Assembly (NCBI GenBank): GCA_039621445.1
Contig: CP154954.1
Span: 12,394,716 to 12,458,715, forward strand
Source of the DNA: Euglena gracilis
Taxonomy: Eukaryota
Length of the DNA stretch: 64,000 nucleotides
Direction of reading: 5' to 3'
In this document: in pieces, positions 42,151 to 55,945 of the stretch
Numbering within the stretch: position 1 is the stretch's first letter
Layout: each line of letters starts with the position of its first letter
Program-made: the position numbers and the translations under genes
The notes under the pieces: model-generated
The model's input: only the letters and a program-made list of their open reading frames with translations
The model's database searches: none
Told to the model about the DNA's origin: nothing

Positions 42151-45100
42151 ATGTCTCCCAGCCCCGGGTTGTGGCCCGGCCACCCCGACCGTATCCGCGG
42201 GGCCGGTGGTGGGCCGCTAGGGGCCGTGCCCCGGAGGTGGCTCATCCCGGTGTTAGTGCTCGCGTTCATGGCGATGGGGCTGTCTGCTGCCCATGCTCAA
42301 CAATGTTGGCCCATTGTTTGGGGATTTGCACTGGGTTTGCCTGCAAATCAAACCTCCGCTTCGCCCAGCCTGTTGGGGCCCACTTTGCTGGGGCCAACTG
42401 GGGGGGGGACAAGATGGACACCTCTTTTTCTGGGTGTGCTTAAAAAATTGGCTGTTTTGATCACCTTTCCATGAATAAAAAGGTGCAGAATCTTCCCATA
42501 AAGATTTTTTGTTTGTTCATTTACTCTGCCTAGGTGTTTTTGATGGGTTTGGGCCTTTTGGTCCTGGATCGGGGATTTTTTTGGACTTGGTTTTCAAGCT
42601 GTCGAAACAAGCCGTCGATTTGTGATATTTTGATGGTTTTGGGGGAGAATTCCTCCGCAGCGTTGCCACACTGTACGCACATCTGCACGCGCATTTGTCA
42701 ACATCCTTCAGGGTCGTCCTTCTTCCTTCTTTTACCAATATCAGGAACCTGTGTCCGTGAAACCCTCAACCCGCTCCAGTCTCGCCTTCCACGCCCTCCG
42801 CCACTGCCTGCCCCCAATATCCCCAAAGTGTCTCAGCTGGCCCGACCTTGCCCCGACCGCCATCCGCGTCGTTCTGGGCCCGGCACCACCCGGCCACCCT
42901 TCCTCACACGCAGCTGCCGCGAGCTGTTGCGTGGCCGGCGGTTGGGGGGCGAGCCGGCTGGGGCATAGGCGTGTGCTACCGCTGCTACCGCAAACTTTTT
43001 ATTTTGCACACATTGCATTTTTCCCGCAGATTTTTTATTTGTCCTCTTTATTTTTATTTATTTATGTACAGATTTATTATCTTAAAATATAAATAATAAT
43101 ATAAATAATAAATATCAATACGCGCGCCTTCTTCGTTGCTTTGTGCTTGCAGACGTTTCTGGAACCAGTTTGCCATTCAGGGGGGGGCATGGCAGGGACC
43201 AGGCGGTGGCACAGCAGGGACCAGCCGCGCCAACGGCCCGTGGAGCACAGGCGCCGCCACATCCTGCCGCTGCTGCCACCACCACCAGTCTGTGGGGTGC
43301 CTGGCGTCCCACGGTGCCTTGCGCATGTCTCTCTTTCAACCTGCAGGGCCCGCCCCTTTGGTGGTTGAATTAGACCCCCCCCCCATGTCCAACAACCCCC
43401 CTATTTGTATCCCCCCCCCCCGGCCGCAGGACACCTTTTCGAGGTTTCCAGTCCGCAGACAACCTTAAATGGCTGATTGGAAGAAAACCACCGCAAAAGT
43501 GCCCATCGATAACAAAACCGCAACAAAAAATCATTTTGGGTGCCTTTAGTCATTTTCCGGCTGTTTTTTTTTTTAAGGCCCAAATCAGTTGGTTTTGCCA
43601 CCACATCTCACCAAGTCTATGCCAATGGCCACCGCATCCCAGGGTCAAACGGGACCACAGGGCCACCGAACGTTGCCATCGTTCGGCACCAACCCCCCCA
43701 CCAGTGCACTGTGGCTGCCAGCCGGTCAGTGTCCTGTCCGTGCTGCTGCTGCTGCTGCTGCTGCCCCTGGCGGCTGTCCTCCGTCTCACGGGCCGTGGAC
43801 CAGGGCGTAGCTTGATAAATTTTGACCCCACCCACCGGGGGGGCCAGCCAGCCAGCAGCCTTTTTCCAGCCTGGACCCCCTTCCCCCCCTCAACGAGATT
43901 GATTTATTTCCAGCCGCCTGAAGGACTGCTGGACGGAAACTTTTTCAATTTTTTCGCATTCGGGGGTGCAAAAATGGGCGAAAATGCGTCAGATTTGGGC
44001 TGGCCAAGAAAAATTTGGTAAAAAAATCGATTTTTTTTGCACAATTGGCAGTTTTTGCATTTTTGATTTTTTTGGTTCCTGTTTCGACCCCAAGTCGGGC
44101 AGCTCCAGCTCGGGACCCCTTTGGGGAGGGGGGGGAGTCAGCCAGCAGCCTTTTTCCAGCCAGCCCAAACTTTCCAGCCTCTGAGCCGGACCCGGGGGGG
44201 GGGGTCGTTTGAAAACGCCCTGCCCCTGACACCGTGCGCAGTGGGGGATGGCCACTGCCACGCCGGGGTTGCTGGGCTTCAAGGTGCCATGTGCCTGTGA
44301 CCTGCAACTTGTGCACTTCGTTCCTCCCCTTCTGTGCTGGGCTTCTTTTTAAGGAAGTTCACTCCCCCCCCCAGGCAGGGGGTAGGTCACTTCCGACCCC
44401 TGGGGGTGATGTTTTGGGTGCAGGGTTTTGGTTTTTTTTTTTAGCCTTGGACCCCCTCCCCCAGAGGGGAGGGCGGGTGGGTCCCTTGGACCCCCTCCCC
44501 CCCGGGGGGGGGGGGGGGGTAGGGGCTGGTGGGTATATCTTTTTTCTCAAGCACCGTGGGGGGTGTGACATGGCACCACCCACCCAAACAGGGTTTTTTA
44601 AGACCGGGGGGAGGGCGGAGGGGGTCGGCAACCCCCCCCCCCACCCCCCTGGGGGCCCCCCCACCCCCAGGGGGGGGGGGCCCGGGGGACCCACCCACCT
44701 TTGCCCGAAAATGGCCATTTTCTAGGGAAATTTGGTTTGGCAAGCACGAAAGCCGACCCCCCCACCCCCGGGAGGTGTGCCTGGCACCCCATTGAAGGCA
44801 CGTTGGTAAGAGGCCTGCTCTGCACCCCCCAACCTGGCCAACCCGTACCTTTTGCTTTTTTTTTTGGCAAACGGTTGCCTGAAAACCACCACCCAAATAC
44901 ATTTGGTTTCACTTTTTGAAAAGTTTGGTGGGAATGCTTATTGGTTTTTTGCTCAGGTGTTGGAAGAAAACCCCTAAAATCTGGGCCTGATCTTGCCAAC
45001 CTGGCCTCATCCCAGGTATGCAGCTGGCCTCCCCTCCCCTCCACCCTGGGGGGGGGGGCAGGCAAGCCTTTTTTCAGCCGGCAGCCTGACCCTCCTCAAC

Positions 45101-48100
45101 GAATTTTGGTTCCTCTGCAGACGCCAGAGGCTGGCAGTAACTTATTCTCAGCCTTGGCGGAGAGAGGAGAACCGGAGACCCCTTTTTTGGTTTTCTTTTT
45201 CGGTTTCCCCCTTCATTTTCGACCCAAAGTGGTCGACAACGCGATGCCGACCGTTTCTGACCGTTTCCAACCGCACAAAAATTGGAAATCTGGGTGACAT
45301 TTGGTGGACGTTGAAGTGACCATGGTCATCGCACCTTGCACCTTGCTTTGATCCAATTTATGCCTTTTCTCTTTAATAGCGATGTCACATTTCTCCCGCC
45401 GAACAACCTCAGTATGGGCCATGTGGGCACAAACGGAGGGAATGGTTGACATTGTGGAAGACACAGAAGACCCTGGTGCGACGTTTGATAGTTCTCAAAA
45501 ATGCATCCATCACGTCTTGATGATTTTCCAACCCTTGCCCCAATTGCCGTGGCATACAGGCTTCTTTTTAAGGGTTCCCAGGTACACCAAAGGGGGGGGA
45601 CTAGACTCGCTCTAAGCCTTGGATTTGGAATTGGAGGCACAGGGAAGGAAATTTTGACAGAGGGACACTATGGCCATGGGTGCTTGGCGATGGGAAACGT
45701 GCCGTTTTCTGAACCCGAACCAGCGCAGCCACCCCCTCGCAGCGGAAGGGGACGCAGCCCTGGACCGGAAGGAGGAAGCGAGGCGCATTCGGATGGCCTT
45801 GCTCTTCCCACCGCCTACCGACCTGACGGGTGTGTGCTGTGTCACCGCCCCTCCTCAATCTCATGTGCACTGCACAGCATGGCTCAGATGGCGCAACACT
45901 GCCCAGGGAGGCAACACTCCAAATGCTCATTTTTTTTGTCCCCGAATGGCGGCGACCCTGTGTCTTTTGGCATTACTTACAGAAATGGTATACATCTTTC
46001 GGCCTCGGCCAAAAACACAGGATCACAATCAAAATCAAATCAAAATCAATCACAATCACAGCTGACTCCCCCCAGCTCTTTGGCCGACTCTCCACCAGCA
46101 TCCAAATGTAAAGACCCCTGACCCCTGATTCCCCTCCCCTGACTGGTTGCAATGAATTTAACTGACACAGCAGAAAGAAGAGACTCTCCGAACACAGGGA
46201 GCCCCAAAATATTAGCAACCCTGAAGCCCAACTTTCCAAAACGTTAGCAGCCGGCTGCCAGTGCTCAGGGGGCTTTAGTTTGATTTGGGGTCGCATTTTT
46301 GGCCAATGGGTAGGGACATATAATGTGAATCCTGTTCCCAATTTTTTTGGGAAATTTGGAGAATTTTTAGGGACCGAGTTGAAGTCATGGCCAGATGTAT
46401 GTGGGGTTGCCTAGACGGAATTATAGGACGAGTTTGGGCCCTGTTTCAGACCAGAGTTAGGCCGAATTTAAACAAAATCCGGGCCATATTCCCGCAAAAG
46501 GTCAATGTTCTCCCCGGCCTGGTGCTTCACGCCGGGCTGAAAATCGGTTGCCATGGCCATGCCGCTGTCCCAGACCTCTGTTTAGTGTGTATAGGCAATT
46601 TTTTTTTGTGTATCGGTGTGTATCGGCAAAAAAAATTGTGTATCGGTGTGTATCGTTGATCCACACTAAACAGAGGTCTGCACTGTCCCCCCATGAACCC
46701 CCCCACCCCGCCCCCGCCTTTGGCCTCAACTCCCACTGAGCTTGTACGACTGCTGTTAGGTGCGAATTCTGGTGGGCCCCCCACAGGGATGGTGCTGGAC
46801 GAGGCGGTGCTGCGGCACTTTGACCTGCTGGAGGTGTCCACCCCGCAGCCGGGGGTTTGCTTAATTTCCAAGCCAGGGGTTATTTTTTAGTCGTGGCCTC
46901 CCGGGGGGGGTAGGGTGGGTGGGTCTGGCCGAGCCCCCCCCCCCCCCAGGGGGTCACCCCAGGTGGGGTCACCCCAGGGGGAGTGGGATAAACTTTTCGG
47001 CGCCGAAGGCGTCGAAAATTTTTGAAAAAGTGCTATTTTTGGTATTTTTCGCGATTTTTGGATGGGTTCCCCCCGACCCCGCCCCCCCGGCCCCCCCTCA
47101 GGGGGTGGGTGTGGGTGGGGGCCCCTACCCCCCCCTCCCCGGTCTTTAAAAAAAACCACTGCTGCCAACCAGCGCCCCAACCGAAACAAGGGCGCGGTCT
47201 GGGTGACCGATTTTCGGCCCGGCGCAAGGCGCCGGGCCGAGAAGCGTTGACCCTCCAAAACGACCAAAAGTGCCATTTTGGGCACTTTTTGGCAAAAGAA
47301 TTGTGCAAAATGGAAAAAATTTCGGCGCAAAGCGCCGGAAGGAAGAATTGACCTTTTTGGGGGGTCCCCATTCCCCCCCCCCCGACCCCCTGGGGAGGTC
47401 CAGCCGGCACCCCTTTTTTTTCCAGCCGGCCTCGGGGCCCCTCGGAGTGCTTATAAGAAAACCCCAGCCCGCGGCTATTGGCGTGCCCGCAGCTTCGGAC
47501 TTGCAGCATTGAAGCCCTGCGGGCCACCCAGCGCAGGGCCGGCTGTGGAGCTGCCCGGTTGCCCCGCAGAAGCCACCCGGGAGACGGGAGGGGCGGAACG
47601 CAAACGCGCTTTTTGCATTTTTTTGCATTTTTTTGCATTTTTTTGCATTTTTTTGTGTGTTTTCAATTTCGGCAAAATGTTTCCTGCGCCTTTTGATTTT
47701 TTTTTTGTGTCGCGTTTTTCGAGGGTCTGTGTTGTGTTTCTCCCCCATACTGGGGGGGATTTTGAACAGGAAAATTTGTTGTGGGAAAAATTCTGGACGA
47801 AATTTTTTCCACGATTTCTCCCGCCATTTTTAAGGATCCACCCAAGGATTTTTCCTGGAAAATTTATGAACATCCAATGTCCTCAAGTGAATGCTCAAAA
47901 ACCTCTCTCGTCTTCGGCGCTTCGCGCCGATTTTTGGAGTATTTATGCTCCAAATCACTTGTTTAGAATGTGGTCATCCTTCAACAGGGGGGGGGGGGAT
48001 GCGCCCCCCCTCCCCGGTGCAGCAACGCCGCCCTCGCTGTCTTGGTGTGTGGGGTCAGGGCTGCAAAAAAATCCCCAAACCCCACGTTTGGTGCCTATGG

Positions 48101-51100
48101 TTGGTGTGGTTGGGGGGGGGTCGACCCCTCCCATCCAGGGCCAATTTTTCGGTCAAAGATTTTCTTTGGCACCTTGGGTGTCGAAGGAATTTTTCCTTGC
48201 TGTGCTGGGACCGGGGGAGGGTCGACCCACCCCCACCTTCTGGGTGGGAAGTCGACCACCCATGCCCACCTTTTGTTTACAGCTTTGGTGGGGGGTTGAC
48301 TTACCTCCCCGACAGATTGGGACCCCAGAGCCATCCAGGCAGGAAGTAGTAACACCGAAGGTTTGTTTTTTTTGCATTCCACAATCACCAAGCATTCGAC
48401 AGCCTGTGCGAACCCTTCGGGTTCAGCCGCAGAATTGTTGTGTGTGTGGTGTGCAACATGTCCCCCCCCCACCAACCGTTGCGTTTGGGTTTCAGGATTG
48501 TGACAGGGTCGTTTTCGTTGGGGCTTGCTTGAAATCGTACTCGTACTCATACTTGTTCAGCTGGAAGTTGCATATGTTCATTTTTGGACGATTTCACACT
48601 AGCGTGGTTCAACAATGAAAAACAAGTGCATGCACCTGGGCAAACCAACATTTCATTTTTGCGCGTTTGCACCACGCTTTTTGGTGTAACATTTTTTGGT
48701 GTTTTCCTTAGTTTTTCTGAAAACGCACTTGCACTTGTACTTGCATTTGTGCATCGCTCCGTTCAACGTTTCACCGCCATTGTCAATGTCCGGCTCCTCA
48801 TTGCATCCGGTCAGGGGTGGTCTAATCGGCACACGTTTCCGTTGGGGGAGGACAGAGCCCTGGCCAGGGAACTGCTGGAGTCCTATTTCGTGGACGTGCC
48901 GTGGGCCGCCGTGGGCCAGGCCGAGGCAGCTTCAGCCACTCCCTTGGGGCTGAGCGACACTTGGTTTTACACCCTAGATAGTTAGGCGTCGGTTTCTGCT
49001 CAACTGTTTTGAAGCTTTCCTAAACTTTCCTGGTAAATGGGGTGGTTTTCTGTTGCCACCAAGTTGGCGCTACAGCCTGAGGGGGCTCTATTCTCCGGGT
49101 AGGGGGGTCCAGCCAGCCAAGGGTCTTTTCACAGTGCCAGACACCCAATCCGGGGAGTGTTTTTCCATTTCAAGCATTTCCCGAAAGTTTCCGAGATTCA
49201 AACCGATTCAAATGTGAGATTCCTAAAAAACATTGCCTCCTAAAAAACATCCGGTTGGGTCATAAATGGCACAAACGGAAAGCACAAGCGTGCAACTGAG
49301 GCGTGATTTATGCCTAACCAGTCCCAGCCCGGTCCACCCACCGTGGGGGTCCACCTGCCCCTCGCCTTCCAGCCCGCGGAGCACCTCGCTCCTCTCGCCT
49401 CCCTCCTCGACGAGGCCGGGGTGATGGCCATGGCCTGCCGGAACCCCCAGCCTGAGGGTGGGCGAAACAGCTGTGGGGATGCAAATGGAAATTGCGATGA
49501 TACGTATAACTGCGTGCGCATCGCACCCCCGGAATTTGGCCTTTGGACTGGTCTCGCCAATTTGACCCCCCCCCCCCCCCGTGAGGTTCTCACCGATCAT
49601 GATGATGTTGTCTCTTTGGGCCCGCAACAGCTGACTTGTCACGTTGTAAGGTCCACCACTCGGCCTTCTTCGGTTGACAACGAGGCTTGTACCAGCTGAC
49701 TCTCTGGGGAGGGGGGGGGCAGGTTGGTGCGTAGTTGGCCCTTTTCGGCTAGAATATGCCCAAGGATTGCTGGCTAACTTTTGTGCTGCTTTTTGAAATA
49801 CCAGTCAGGGTCCCTGACTGAATTTTTAATGAATTTTTGAAAATTGAAAAATGTTCCACTCTTGTCCTCAGGGTTATTATTTCTATATTATTTTGAGAGT
49901 TTTGTACAGGTCTGAGGGGGTCCAAACCCCCCCTCCAGGTCCCCACTCTAAGTTGTTGAGCCGTATCCGCCGGCAGTTGGTTTTGTTTCCCAAAACTGGT
50001 TCCCGACCTCCATGGTGAGCATTCCAAATTTTTTTTTTGGCATTGCCTGCACTTTGTTTTATCAAAAAGATTTCCTGGCGCTTTGTGCTGGAAGATTTTA
50101 TTCAAAAAGTCATGTTTCCACGCATTTTTTTAATTCGAAGAATGGGCCCAAAACATACAAAATTTTTCTCCGAAATTTGTCCAACGAAAAGTGCGGTGAA
50201 AATTCTTTTTGTCACCAGGGAGGTTCCGGATCCCCGCTCGGGTTTGAAGGGGGCAGGGCGTGGGGCAGCCCAGAGGCTGGAAGCTCTGGGCTGTCTCTAT
50301 GTCTGAAAATGCTGCTGGCTGCGCCCCTCCCCCCCTCGCCCCCCCAAAAGGTCTTCCAGCTGGTGCTGGCCCCATGGGGTTCAAATGAACCCGGAACTCA
50401 AAAATCGAAACCGAAGAGATTTCCCAAAATGGCCAATTATGAAAAATGGATTTTGCACCCAAAATTTGAGCCGGCGAGCCCTTTTCCAACCCATTTGATC
50501 CCATACTTAACCCATTTTTACACCCCTGCATGGCAAAAATTTGTTGCCATTCAGCCGCCCTTTGTGCGGCTGCAAAATAAATTAAACTCGTTGATGGGGG
50601 AGGAGGGGTTCAAAGCACGAAAAAGGTGGTTCAATAATTTTGGGATCAATTTTTCGCTTTTTTGCTTTTGCATGTTTGAGAGAAGCTTTTTTTTGTAGTC
50701 TGTTGGGGTGACCACCATAAAATGGTTGAAAATGTCAAAATGGCGTTGAAAAAGGCCAATGGCCCCCTAAAATGGTTTTTTAAACAGTCCAAAATGAATT
50801 ACAATTGATGCTAGATATTGATTTTGACGATGCGGCAATAAATGGACAAAAGTTGATAATGCTTGGCCAAAATGGTCAAAAAAATGGACCGAAATGGCCG
50901 ATAAAAGGGGGGAGGAATGGGGTCCCAACTCACCCCCCTCCCTGTCATCTAATATCCTGCCAGTCCTGCCCGAAAGTTGGCCTCTGTGCCTGTACTCACC
51001 AACCTGGCTTTATATTTTTATTTAGCAGGTTTGCCTCCCCCTCTGTACTCGCCAACTGTATGGGCGCAGAGTACGTGTTTAGGTACACCTGTCAACGTAT

Positions 51101-53997
51101 GCACACACAGAAATGAACGTGGGCACACAAATATGTGTTCCCCCCCGCCGAAACTGTGATCCCCGAAAACCTGTTCGGCGACGACTTGCAAGTGGGGGGG
51201 GGGGGGGGGGAAGAGGTCGACCAGTGGTTAGGGAGCCCATGGGAATGGTCCACCGCGCTCTGTTCGCCATCCCGCGGCTGTTCGACAAAGACGCGGGGGA
51301 GGTACGGCGCCTGCTGGAGGTGCTGCGGACCGACCAACGGAGGGCGTTGGGTAACGGTGCCGGGCCTTGCATTGGGACTCCTTGGTTTGTGTCGTGTGGC
51401 GGATATTTTACGAACAAGGCCTCGTCCTCACCCTGCCTTTTGAGGAATTTTTGATGCCTCGACTATTTTTTGGGCGGGCGAATAATCTGGGATCATAACT
51501 CGAAAAGGAACGTTGCTTCCCTCCAGGCGAGCTAAATGATGGGGGTTTTTGTTTATTTGATTGATTTTTAGAATCGGCAACAATAATAGGAAAAAGCGTT
51601 CCAGTTTGCAATTTGGCTGTCAGCGCGAGGTTTTATTGATTTTGACCTTCTGTCCCCAGAAAATTCACACATATTGGCGCCGACCAAACCATCTTCACAC
51701 CCCTCTTTGCCCCGACAATAGGCAACCGTTTGGCATTTTTTGTCCTCTTTTAAAGTTAATAGGAAAAAAGACACTGATATTTCCTTTGCTGTTGACATTG
51801 GCCGACCTCGTCTTGTGCCCTGCAGACACTCTCCTGCAATCCAATGGAATCCGGGTGGGCGACGCCCTCAACGAGGTTCCCCACATCCTGAACGTCGAGC
51901 TGCCGACGCTGCAGCAGCGCCTCAAGTACCTGACCGACCTGGGGGTGGACGTGGCGGTCCTCAATGCAACTCCAGTGGTGTCTCCATGCACACATCCCGC
52001 CATCGTTCACCCCCCGTTCAATATCCATCTTGGAAAAGTCAAAAAGCACGCTTCCCATCAAAATGGCAAATTTTTATATTATTCTTTATCTTATTATTAT
52101 TAGAATTATTATTTATTAGTATTATTATTTTATAATTATAATTTTTGTTGTTGTTGTTGATGTTGATGTTGTTGTTATTGTTATTGTTGCTACTGCAGCA
52201 GCTGTTGTTATTATTGTTATTATTATTGTTAGGTTCGTTTGTTTATTTGAGAATCAAACCGAATCGTATTGGACCCGAAAATCGGCCACCAAAAGTGGTC
52301 CCCCCTCCTCCCTCCTCCCCCCAGTGGGTGGGTGAGTGGGTCTGGACCCCCCCCCTCCCACGGGTCCCACAAAAAACTTATGTCTGCAAGTTGATTTGGG
52401 GGGTCGGCCGTATCTGCCTGGGGCCCCCCGGTCAACGGCGCTGCTGCGGCCCAGCTACTACGTGGCGGCCGTCGCCCGGCGCCTAACGGAGCTCGGCCTG
52501 GCCGCGCCGGCGGTGCTCGCCGCGTCGCCGCAGGTGCTGGTGGAGGACTGGGAGGCGGGCGTGCTGCGGCGGGTGCGGTACCTGCCCGGGCCCCCCGCCA
52601 TCCCCATCTGCCTGCCTGGGTGTGGGCCCCTCCGAGTGCCAGCGCAGAACGGAAATTGGCCAGACACCCAGCCCAGCCCAGGGTGGTGGGCCCCACCTCC
52701 CATATATCCGGGAGCACCAATTTTCGACCTCCCCAAAATTTTTTCCCGGCGCCTTCGGCGCCGGGTGGACTTGTTAAAGAAATCTGTGAAAATGCTGTGG
52801 TGGGAGGTGGGGGGTGGACCCCACCCCACCAGGCCTTCCCGTTCTGCCCTGCCGAGCGGTTTGGTGCCTGTGGTCAGGGGGGCGAGGGTGCTGCATGTTC
52901 AGCCTCAATTGAAGTGCGGGTGCGCTCTTAGCGGACCTCCGCCTCCAGCACCACCTGTCTGATTTTTGTTGATTTCCTTTCAGAATTACTGTCAAAAATG
53001 GGGTGTGCTTGAGTGGGCCGTTGCCTTCGGTGGCGGGGGGGGGGTGTGCTTTTATTTTGACACTGCCCATGCTTCTATTATGAGGGGCGGGTTTATGAGT
53101 GGCATTTTGCAGCTTTGTGTGTTGGCGCGTTGGACATTTGTGTGTTGCGTGACACATATGTTTGTACGCATGTTGCACACAGGGAAAGCAACGTATTCTC
53201 AAATGATGGTTGCAACACATGAAACCATTGAACGACACGAGATGTTTGAGGGCAGCTGAACAGCGTTGCCTCCGGTTTGCTGACAAACAAATGGGGTTTG
53301 GGGAAAAGAAGCGGCGGCCTGCGTTCAACAAAGAAAATCGGGGCCCCCAGTCAGAGGCCTCCTGTGCAAAGGAATTCTCCCCGCAGGAGACTGCCACGCA
53401 AAGCCCATGCACGTCCCCTGTCATTTTCCCCACGCATGCCACCCAAAGTTTGGCATTGTTTATTGGTTGCAGTACTTCATAACCTTGCAGTATTTCCCAC
53501 ATTTCCCCAAAATCAAAGTTGTTTCTGTTTTTTCTTCCCTTCCCAACTGTACCCCATCCCATTTACCCCCCCCCCCCTTTGCCCACTGACCACCCCTGGA
53601 CAACGACCACCCCCGGTCGAGGGTTGCATGTAAGGGGGTGCCTATGACCACCCCCTTGGTCGGGGGTTGTAGGAACCCGGTCGGTAGGCAAGGGGGGGGG
53701 GTAAGTGCACGGGGTGTGCACATTATTGGACCGACGTTTCGGACCCTCATGGGTGTGATACTTATTTGGGCAACCGCACACCAGTTTGGGCACCGCGCAA
53801 TTAAATGGGGCAGTTCACTCCCAAAGGAAGATTCCAAACACGGAGTGGCATATTTTTTTGTGTATTCATATAAGTCGTATTTGTGCACACATAATTTGTA
53901 TTTGGAGCCTTCACCAAACGTGTGGTTTTTTTGAAGTGCAGTTACTTGACTGCTTATGGAAGGTGGCATCAAAGTGGCAACCTGCGTAATAATAATA

Positions 53998-54032
<35 letters not shown>

Positions 54033-54033
54033 C

Positions 54034-54068
<35 letters not shown>

Positions 54069-55945
54069 AATAATAATAATAATAAATGATGCTGCTGCTG
54101 CTGCTGATGATAATAATTATAATAATCAGACTCGGCTTTTAGTCTCCATCAGCCCTGCACCTCACCACAAAGAATCATGCCGACAAAACGTTGCCCTTTT
54201 AGAGAGAAACAAATCGATAAACTGCCAAAACTGGTTGAACAAAAAAAATGGGGAAAAAAAGGGTTGAACATTTGAATTGTTCAAGGATTGAACGGACTCT
54301 CCCAAAAGGCCCCCACAAAACCAACCGCGATGCGCATTCCAGGGGAAGATTAAAGCGTTCCGCAATTTTGAGGATTTTTGCGATTTGAGGATTTTTTTGA
54401 AATTTGCTATTTTTGCATTCTTTCATTGAAATATGAGGCCCAAAAACTTCGAGATTTGCCAAACTGATCTCAATTATGCCGGGGAAAAAATAATAAAAAC
54501 TGGTTGACAGAAAAAATGAAAAAAAAGGGGTTCATTTGTAAAAAGGATTGAAGGACTTTGAAAAAGGCCTCCCCAAACAAAAAAAAAAAAATCGATTGAG
54601 GGAGAATAACGTTCCGTTTTTGGGATTTTTTTTTTGGTTTTTTTGATTTTTTTTTTTTTGCATTTTTTTTTGTGATTTTTGGATTTTGTGTTTGCTGAGG
54701 GTGTATGATGTACATGGTTGTTACGTTTTTTTTTCTGTTAGTTGGTTTTTCTGGGGTGTGGAGTGTTTCAAAAGGATGGGGGGGGATGGGTTTTGTGGTG
54801 AGAATGATTGATTTGGCGACTGGGCTGGTCTTTGAGAACAGATTTAAATGAAATCCTTGCAATTAGCGCCATTGACAGTAGCAACCCCCTCCCCCCGATG
54901 GACACAGCACGTTTCTTGCTACATCTGATGACTGAATTGCCGAACTTGGCACCCGAGGCCCTCTGACCTTGTCTCTGCCATCAACGGCTTCCCGGCCTAT
55001 TTGGGGCTGCCGTTCCGGTCCGTCATCCGAGCGCGGTACGAGTACCTCCGGCACCTCGGCCGGCCGGGCCCCCTCCCCCTGCGGACAGTGCTCCAGCCCG
55101 CCGACCTCGAGTTCGCGCGCCGGGTGGCGGAGTCGACGTTCACCCAGTCTGTGCCTGTCCCTCTGTGTCTGAAGTGCCGATATGCATTCTGTTGTGAGAC
55201 GGGGCTGAAAGGTGCTGGTGGATGACACTTAATCCACAATCAACAGGGCTTCGACGCACCTATTGTGGTTAGACCTGTGGCTTGTTTTTTAGTATCCTCA
55301 CACCCACATTCCTGCACCCTCTCCCCCCCACCCACCCACCCACACAGCCCCCCGCGCATTCACCCGCCCAACCCCCCCCCCCACAGACTTGCATGAGTGC
55401 GCAGGCACGCATGCATGAGGGCGTGCACACGCACGCACGCACGCACACACACACACACACCTGTGCACATGCACAAACACAAACATACATGCGCGAATGC
55501 AAACACACACGTATGCAATATGTAATATGTATATAAAAGAATGTGCATTATTTTTCATACCTCCAAATTTGTGGGTCATACCCAGCCCAAAGCCCAATTT
55601 TACACTATTTTTGCCGTTTATTGCCCAAAATGTCCGCTTTGACAGAGTCACTGCCACCACAACCACCGTTGACAGCTCCACCATGTGTCGCTCCATCCTC
55701 CATGCTGTACGGTACATATTGACACCCAGTCCCACATACGCACCCCACCCGTATTGCACACAAAGCACACTATCGCGGCTTGGCGCACTGTGGCCGAGGC
55801 GTACATGACGTGGCGGTCCAAAAACGCACGTGGCTGGAGGAGGCGCCGCCCGCCCCGCCCCAGAAGCAGCGTGGCCGGCCCCCGTTTGCACTCGTCGCGA
55901 GCCTGTCCCCCCGCTGACGCGTTCCACTGCCAGCATGGGCCTTGA
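42151..55945 (+). CDS. mTERF-family protein with euglenid-type plastid-targeting presequence, ~20 exons
   Basis: Exons: 42151-42294, 42703-~42907, ~43723-43797, 44228-44283, 45121-~45169, ~45299-45317, 45429-45475, 45743-45829, 46787-46846, 47473-~47570, ~48024-48044, 48815-48907, 49343-49425, 50267-50282, 51230-51350, 51826-~51967, ~52434-52583, 53353-53395, 54977-55141, 55796-55945. The spliced protein has repeated P-x-x-L...L..lG motifs (EVPHILNVELPTLQQRLKYLTDLGV; ASPQVLVEDWEAGVLRRVRYL) and a typical mTERF C-terminus (FPAYLGLPFRSVIRARYEYLRHLG...VLQPADLEFARRVAESTFEAY). The family was recognised by eye, without an HMM. Confidence 0.8.
43798..44227 (+). other. Nonconventional intron (mTERF gene)
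   Basis: gacCAGggcgt...acgccCTGcccct forms an 8-bp perfect stem, with CAG at +4..6 and CTG at -8..-6. The join is in frame: GRG-HRAQWGMATA. Confidence 0.8.
46847..47472 (+). other. Nonconventional intron (mTERF gene)
   Basis: agccgggggttt...aaaccccagcccgc has paired ends and c|a, c|g junctions. The join is in frame: EVSTPRLLACPQL. Confidence 0.75.
53988..54126. repeat. (AAT)n/(ATG)n/(GCT)n trinucleotide array (intronic)
   Basis: Direct reading. Confidence 0.9.
55142..55795 (+). other. Nonconventional intron (last intron of mTERF gene)
   Basis: accCAGtctgtgcc...ggcgcaCTGtggcc; removal gives VAESTF-EAYMTW. Confidence 0.8.

Noticed and set aside
47278-48618. 446-aa ORF, the longest in the track
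   Set aside because: It runs through MITE and homopolymer sequence. The real mTERF exon at 47473 is in a different frame.
52984-53010. Possible mTERF exon after tttcag (ELLSKMG or NYCQKWG)
   Set aside because: Skipping it gives a better in-frame join (RVRYL-EASC) through a paired-end intron, and no compatible donor fits ELLSKMG.
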